A DNA stretch of 64,000 nt, from NCBI GenBank assembly GCA_030648715.1, contig JAUSGZ010000017.1:5108-69107 (forward strand), read 5' to 3'. The notes under the pieces are model-generated. The model saw only the letters and a program-made list of their open reading frames with translations, did no database searches and was not told where the DNA came from. Below are positions 59,001 to 64,000 of this stretch, one piece after another. Origin of the DNA: a bacterium. Lineage in GTDB: Bacteria > Patescibacteriota > Patescibacteriia > Buchananbacterales > GWA2-38-13. Numbering within the stretch: the first letter of the stretch is position 1; every line of letters begins with the position of its first letter. The position numbers and the translations under genes were made by a program.

Positions 59001-62000
59001 CTGGGTTTGACTGACGCGCTCCTGCAACGTCGTCATGAGCTCGGGGAACGACTGGTCCGCCTGCCGCGCGTTGTCCAGCGCCGCCTCCTTGCCCGCCACG
59101 TCGCGACGCTTGGCGCCAATGGTCTGATCAAGCTGCGCCAGCTGCTGAGCGGACTGGTCGGCTTGCTGGCGAGCTGCGGCGATCTCCTGGGGCGTCAGGC
59201 CAACACCTGCCTGCCGCACCGCCGCCTGGTTGATCTGCACGGCTTCGCCCAACGCCTGCTGGTCAGAACGATGCTGCATTAGCGTACGCTTGGACTCCTG
59301 CAGGCGAAGGTACTCGGCGTCGTACGCCTGACGTTTGACCCCGACGTCCTGGCGCGCCGTCTCGTCGCGTTGAACGGCTGCCGCAACACGCGTCTCCTGC
59401 GCGGCCTTGGCCGAGCTCTGCGTCTCGATCTGCTGGTTCAGCTGCGCCAATGGTGCGGCGATCTTTCCCTCTGCAGCAGCTGCCAACGCCTGCTCACGGG
59501 TCGCTTCCTCAAGCGCCTGCTGTTCGGCCAAAGCGTTGCCACTCGCCCTCGCGGCGTTCAAACGCTGGCTGGCGGCGTTCTGGTTGGTGAGATGTTGGTC
59601 GCGTTCGCGAGTCAAGACATCGCGATTTCCCATCAACGCCGTCAACTGGGTTTGTATCGCCTGCAAAGCCGATCTCTCTTGCCCCGCTGCCGCCGCCGCT
59701 TCGGGCAGCTCCACCTTAGCGTTCTGCAGCTCGATGCGGGCATGCTCGACATTTTCCTCCTGGGTCTGCACCACCTGCTCCTGTTCGTTGACGCGTTGAT
59801 CGGCCGCACCCAACTGCCCCGCGCTGCGGTTATACGCTTCCTGCGCCGCGCTCACGTCACGCGCCTCGGCATACCGGGCAGCCTGCTGGCGCACCAACGT
59901 CAAGGACTTCAGCTTGCTGCGGTCGCCTTCTAACGCTGCCAACTCACCGCGCTCTCCCTCCAACGCCGATCTCGACTCCTCGGTTGCCGCCCCCCACTGG
60001 GGACTGACCTCGGCCAGGACTTTTTCTGCGATCCCGTCCAGCTCCGCGTCCGACAGTTGGTCAAGGGATCTTTGCAATGTCGCTGCGAACGCTTGGCTGC
60101 TGGGCCCCGCGCTCGCGGCTGCCTGCTGGCGCAGGGCTTCGGCCTGCGTCAGGGCCTGCTGGCGCTGGTCTACCACGCCCCGCTGGGTCGCGACCTGCGT
60201 ATTGAGGACATTCAACTGCGGCTGCACCTTCGCCTGGGAATCGCGCGCCAAATCGCGCTCCGTCATGGCTTCGCGGTCATTCGCAGCAAAACCCAATTTG
60301 TCGCCGCGCGCTTTTGCCTGCTCCGCCCGCTGGCGTGCCGCCTGGCCCTTGGCGATATGCGCATCCGTTTCCCGCAACAATTCCCCGCGCTGGCCTTCCA
60401 GCTGGGTAAGCTTTTGCTGTTCCGCGGTAAGGGAGGCGTTCGCTTGCTGTACCTGCGCTTCGGCCCGGGTAACCTCCTGGGCGCGCGAACCTTGCTGGCC
60501 CGCTGCGTCCGTCAAAATTTTCCCGATCTGCACATCAGGCTTTTGCTGCCGCTGACGGTGAATTTCTTCGATCTCTTCGTTGGTGATGGCGCGCTCTGCC
60601 TTCTCCTGCGGGGCAAGCGGTTCGTCCGGCTTGAGTTTGCGGCCGCGGTAGCGCGCACCCTTGGCAACCTTTCCGGTCTTGTCCGTCACTTCCAGCTCAT
60701 CAAGGAAATTCCGCGTCTGTTCGGACAACGTGTGGGCGTTATCGTTCACGCCCAACGCGTGCGCCAGATATTCTTCCGGCGTTTCCTGGTCGAACAATTG
60801 CTGCTGCTCCTCGGACAACGTGCCCCGGAACGTCTGACGCTGCTCGTCGTTCAGCTGATTAGCAAGAGTATGGCCGTACTCGTGGCGACGGGCGGTGAAA
60901 CGACTGCCGAACGCGGCGTTGTTATGCAAGGACAGTGTGGAAGCGGAATCCAGCCGCTTTTTGAATTCGGCCTGGCGCTGCTGGGCACTGACCTCTCCAG
61001 CCGCCAGCGAGGAAACATCCTTGTCCTGGGACATCTGCCGCAGCGCCTCACCCTGCTGGGCGCCCAGCACCGCCGCATCCCTATAGTGGTAGCCCGCCAC
61101 CGCGCCCGAAGCATCGCGAACCTCCTCAACGCGCCCAGCGGCGTTGCCCTCCTTGAACTCAGCCGCCGCCCATTGCCCGACCACGCGGTCGGCATATTGT
61201 TTGTCCGCGTCCGCCGGTTTCAATGTTTGGTATTTCGCGGCGTAACCGTCGCGCAATTCCTCATCCGTGACGGCGTCGGGCTGCTTGCCCAACCCTTGGG
61301 CAACCTCCTGTCGGAACGCGGCTCCTTTGCCGACCAACTCTTTCCCGTAATCCTCCGCCAAATTCTTGGCGACGATATCTTTGTTCGCCTTACGCTCTGC
61401 GGTTGACTCATCGTAGTTGACGGCAGTCATTCCCGGAACGACGCCATACCGCTGACCGGCTTCGGCGGACTCGAAGTTCACACCGATACCGGCCACCGCC
61501 TTTCGTCCATATTCCGCCAATGGGCCTTCGGCGTAGCCCTCGGCTGGCCGCCGCTCGATGGAGGCAACACCCCGCATCGCATCCAGGCTCTCGCTCCGTT
61601 TTTCCTCCACCTGCTCATGGCGGATAATTGCCGACGTAGCATACAACGTCCCGGCGCGTATTTCTTCCTGGTGCAGGCGCCCATACGCTTCATTGGCCTC
61701 GGACTCCGACATTCCGGCAGCCAGCAGCTGCTGGTACGCTTCCTGCGAAGCGGCCTGGACCTCGGGGCTGTAGGTCTCCATCAACGGGCGTCCGCCCTTC
61801 GGGGCGTACCCACCATGCAGCCGCCATTCTTCGGGAATCTCCTCATGTTGCGACGCCGCTGGTCTTCCATTGATATCCAAAGCCCCGGGTGTCCCATGCT
61901 GTAAATACGTCTCCCATTCTGGGCCGGTTCGGCTATTGACGTAGGTTTCCAACTCGGGCGAAAGCGGCCCCGCACGAGCGGCGGCATAACTTGTAGGCTC

Positions 62001-64000
62001 GTAGGTCTTTCCTGATTTTGTAAACGCTTCCTCTGCATACTTATCTAATTCAATCCCAGGGGTGCCATCGTAGTTCCGAACCCCGGCTTTATTCATAATT
62101 CTTTCAACCGCTACGGCTTGTTCCGGAGAAATATTCTTTTGTCCAAAAAGGTTGGCTACCCCATGGTGGCCCTTCGCCTTGAATTGGTCGTAGACCGACC
62201 TAATATCCAGCGCCATGGAACCGGTTTTTTGGTCAAAACGGAAGCCGGCGAACTCCGCGGCGCGCGGCTGCAGGCCGTGTCCTCGTTGCGCCACCACGCG
62301 ACCGAAGAATACGGTATCGAATTTCGCCGACGCGATCTTACCCAAACGGTCCATCCGGCCCATGCGAGAATGGACGACCTTTCCGCCCGACAGCACGTCC
62401 TCGAACGGCTGCGCGGTGGGATGGAATTTGAAAAAGGCCTTGCCTTCGGTCTTGGCAACAAAATTTTCCATTTTTCCGCGGCCGATGATCGTACCGAACT
62501 CTTCGCCGAACTTCTCCTCGAGTTTCCGCAAGACATTCGCTTGGATCCGTGGATTATTGTCGATGGTCGGATGCTTTTTGTACTCCACTTCAAGTTCTTC
62601 CCGGGCGCTGTCTTCGGACACCAGCACGTTCTCCACGTCGCCGGTGGGGCGTCCTTTGCTGTCAAGTACGGGGCGCGTGAACCCGTAGCCAAATCCGCGC
62701 AGGAGCGCGCTCTCCTCTGATTGGTCCTTCAGCAACACGCCCAGGTCGCCCGCAGACCGTTTGCCGAAAGTGCCGCCGATGCGCTTCATCAAATGTTCGC
62801 GGAAACTGGTTTGTGAGTGTTCTTGGTCTCCGTACTCATCGGGGTACCGCTGCGCCATGTAGCCCATGTAGTCGTCGGTGTGGTTGCCCTTGTTCAGCGC
62901 CAGGGCGGCCGCGAACGAGCGCACCTGGTTTTTGTTCTTGATGGCAAGGTCAAATTCGCTGGCTTTTTCCGTTTCCGTCAGGTTATTCAGTTCGGACATT
63001 TCCTTGCTGACGAGCGAACGGAATGCCTTGTCACCTTCCTTGGTTTTTTCACCTTCCAGCCGAGGAATAGCTCCGACGGTTACGCCCGCGATCTTGACCC
63101 GCTGCCAACGCAGGCGTGGTTTGGTCACGCTGTTGAGAAAGTCGGCCATGTCGCCAACGGATTTACCGAACGACTGCTGCTCCGCCATCTGTCGCGAACG
63201 CGCCGTGCCTTGCCGGCGAACGGTCGGGCTTAATAATCCCGCAATCGTTGAATACCACCGCTTGTCTTGCACGCGCCGACCGAGCCATCGGTCGGTCAAG
63301 CGGCCCGCGCCGTAGGTGCCTTCCCGCGCCAGCCAACCGGCGCCGCGCAACGGCGAGGTACCCGCACGGATGCCGGCGCGGGCCATGCGCTGGCCGTACG
63401 ACCGCAAACTGCCCATGACCGAGCCGGCGAACTGCGAACCGGCAACGCCGGCCTTCTGGGCGGCCACCAGCCCGCCCAGCATCAGGCAGGTCATCACCAA
63501 AAACTTCAACACGTTCTCTTTCTCTCCGGCCTTGCCGATACCCACCCGCAATGACGGTTCCAATTGGGCGACGCCCCCTTCGCTCAAGGCGGTGGTTGGC
63601 GCACGCGTGGTATCCAGCGTGGTCGTGAAGGCCTGTTCCGAGGTCGCGATCGCCAGCCAGAAGAAGAACATCAGGATGGGCCCGACGGTCACGTACTTGG
63701 AGAAGGTCTGCCACCACTCGCGGCTGTAGCGCTCCCCCTGCGGGAAGGCCGACAGCACGTAGGCGAGCGGCGAAAGGATGATCAGTATCCACAGCGCAAC
63801 GATACGCAACGCAAACACCACGAGGTACGCCAGGATGACGGAAAACGCGATGATGAGCATGACGGTTGCGAGCAGCAGCGACAGGAAGAGGTAGAACAAG
63901 GCGATATTCTCCTCGCCGGACCCCGGCAGGAACGCGTCCTGGCTGACCGCGAACAACTCGGCGAGCCCGAACTTGGCGTAGATGTTGCCGGCGGTCACCT
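56007..64000 (-). CDS. Giant (>2660 aa, 5'-truncated) VirB6/TrbL-like membrane protein with a long C-terminal extension
   Basis: TM block LRIVALWILIILSPLAYVLSAFP...WWQTFSKYVTVGPILMFFFWLA upstream of prgI/virB4; Q/A/E/R-rich coiled coils follow. Confidence 0.8.
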   Translation of the reverse strand, partial: VTAGNIYAKFGLAELFAVSQDAFLPGSGEENIALFYLFLSLLLATVMLIIAFSVILAYLVVFALRIVALWILIILSPLAYVLSAFPQGERYSREWWQTFSKYVTVGPILMFFFWLAIATSEQAFTTTLDTTRAPTTALSEGGVAQLEPSLRVGIGKAGEKENVLKFLVMTCLMLGGLVAAQKAGVAGSQFAGSVMGSLRSYGQRMARAGIRAGTSPLRGAGWLAREGTYGAGRLTDRWLGRRVQDKRWYSTIAGLLSPTVRRQGTARSRQMAEQQSFGKSVGDMADFLNSVTKPRLRWQRVKIAGVTVGAIPRLEGEKTKEGDKAFRSLVSKEMSELNNLTETEKASEFDLAIKNKNQVRSFAAALALNKGNHTDDYMGYMAQRYPDEYGDQEHSQTSFREHLMKRIGGTFGKRSAGDLGVLLKDQSEESALLRGFGYGFTRPVLDSKGRPTGDVENVLVSEDSAREELEVEYKKHPTIDNNPRIQANVLRKLEEKFGEEFGTIIGRGKMENFVAKTEGKAFFKFHPTAQPFEDVLSGGKVVHSRMGRMDRLGKIASAKFDTVFFGRVVAQRGHGLQPRAAEFAGFRFDQKTGSMALDIRSVYDQFKAKGHHGVANLFGQKNISPEQAVAVERIMNKAGVRNYDGTPGIELDKYAEEAFTKSGKTYEPTSYAAARAGPLSPELETYVNSRTGPEWETYLQHGTPGALDINGRPAASQHEEIPEEWRLHGGYAPKGGRPLMETYSPEVQAASQEAYQQLLAAGMSESEANEAYGRLHQEEIRAGTLYATSAIIRHEQVEEKRSESLDAMRGVASIERRPAEGYAEGPLAEYGRKAVAGIGVNFESAEAGQRYGVVPGMTAVNYDESTAERKANKDIVAKNLAEDYGKELVGKGAAFRQEVAQGLGKQPDAVTDEELRDGYAAKYQTLKPADADKQYADRVVGQWAAAEFKEGNAAGRVEEVRDASGAVAGYHYRDAAVLGAQQGEALRQMSQDKDVSSLAAGEVSAQQRQAEFKKRLDSASTLSLHNNAAFGSRFTARRHEYGHTLANQLNDEQRQTFRGTLSEEQQQLFDQETPEEYLAHALGVNDNAHTLSEQTRNFLDELEVTDKTGKVAKGARYRGRKLKPDEPLAPQEKAERAITNEEIEEIHRQRQQKPDVQIGKILTDAAGQQGSRAQEVTRAEAQVQQANASLTAEQQKLTQLEGQRGELLRETDAHIAKGQAARQRAEQAKARGDKLGFAANDREAMTERDLARDSQAKVQPQLNVLNTQVATQRGVVDQRQQALTQAEALRQQAAASAGPSSQAFAATLQRSLDQLSDAELDGIAEKVLAEVSPQWGAATEESRSALEGERGELAALEGDRSKLKSLTLVRQQAARYAEARDVSAAQEAYNRSAGQLGAADQRVNEQEQVVQTQEENVEHARIELQNAKVELPEAAAAAGQERSALQAIQTQLTALMGNRDVLTRERDQHLTNQNAASQRLNAARASGNALAEQQALEEATREQALAAAAEGKIAAPLAQLNQQIETQSSAKAAQETRVAAAVQRDETARQDVGVKRQAYDAEYLRLQESKRTLMQHRSDQQALGEAVQINQAAVRQAGVGLTPQEIAAARQQADQSAQQLAQLDQTIGAKRRDVAGKEAALDNARQADQSFPELMTTLQERVSQTQQRREAAKPENVAARAQQELSESRGKLTELEQNRDELARRAQVHNRLRKRAADQGSQEEAGRQERLAQAAERDLRTAQQRIAKQQQEVQAKERAVQALQPKPVPVSKGQQSLTAVEEKFLTARQGNREEVAGAKQEIGAKEQIVRASQQELGNRVKVRDQRQLELAELNAQARRAVEEGNYQAQEEAQTLARAKQQEVTAATDAVTEQQDVVARDSQALEGAQADYRRRVEESVQSLETFAAAVRDAAGTLSKDELAQQLSHAQSELEANNKEAEEKATQGDAAGARAAHDRAQRAQIIRDQLDYTVKRRRLGLAPKVKGSGLKDADQELNVAKVKRDFNYAELAEKRTGLVKQHQAAEKDLRKQQERQAQAAPGTERKRADDAVKAAQDRFNTVGGQIKGVDKEIGEWDDLVLKNAADVSDLVLAQEELVIAQRRLQEAKTIGEQEIPAMSKEYEKLDKRRIAAGAALQQQGAAAQKARSTGNVAALRKAQQAIAQRTEEMGQIEQRMGEIQDFSAGLVGLVEQVEATATAAEENVGRAAEAAAEGIEPPSVRAVPPPKISAKTAAGPAQPPTGTAGLGSAPSALHSPSQHEIAAMSQDEFAEYLTQNRLEVTGADVYNLLTRKAELRHLQESDIAKEMASTPGLLESLKEFGKKQTNNWNEVGSGKTQVENVRAIGAESDWLNYQVGKGKESTGETHKGYLTFKDTLRDLTPERLNQFMAALAKAGYNGQVKVAPTGQRAKYRFDNVVMHGATPEDVQKAAAVARNLFGNQLSAVGRGIDRGGTSHTDNLAKEVEARRAARKSTSPRASQPVQEPSPVAAHPSSPAPVQPADSPTPPAATVTSQKIAAHAAEQVERQAEVVKAFPTADLATLNKMLKTMSEALAQVSGSVQSLATTLSEQEEKAGMTDKDASKKFDVLGKNLRDGVARIGEAQVSAEAGAGVTREQADELADLLFQINKSLQEMAQSKEGSTGVPEIPAISPESLSGEPPKGRPTI

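Noticed and set aside
56011-61406. Long plus-strand ORFs opposite the VirB6-like gene (e.g. 58134-59282, 60057-61406)
   Set aside because: Antisense shadow frames of a codon-biased coiled-coil gene

Overview
GC-rich bacterial chromosomal segment using the standard genetic code (TGA is a stop). Gene content points to Patescibacteria/CPR (inference): type IV pilus operon without a secretin, PrgI/VirB4/giant VirB6-like cluster, tRNA-Arg(GCG) and tRNAs without encoded CCA. Left to right: (1) a ~16 kb glycosylation cluster (GT2/GT4s, SAM methyltransferases, flippase, WcaJ-like priming transferase, O-antigen-ligase/TPR protein) converging on two tandem pilins; (2) a pilM-N-O-(P)-B-RR-T-C operon; (3) a Planctomycete-like dockerin protein and a 2840-aa Cys-rich surface protein; (4) lemA-htpX-clpC-hyp-radA, then recG; (5) a tRNA region with an AT-rich HAD cassette; (6) hpf, comF and a T4SS-like operon truncated at the right edge. 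The most unusual signal is non-coding. Two intact tRNA genes each lie inside a loop of a decayed copy of the same tRNA type ('matryoshka' tRNAs), and those outer copies are broken by 15-17 nt GC-rich palindromes. Five gene junctions carry inverted heptamer-repeat hairpins, and the AT-rich gene is bounded by inverted repeats. Together these suggest DNA being inserted into the loops of stem-loops. All calls come from reading motifs by eye; no database searches were run.
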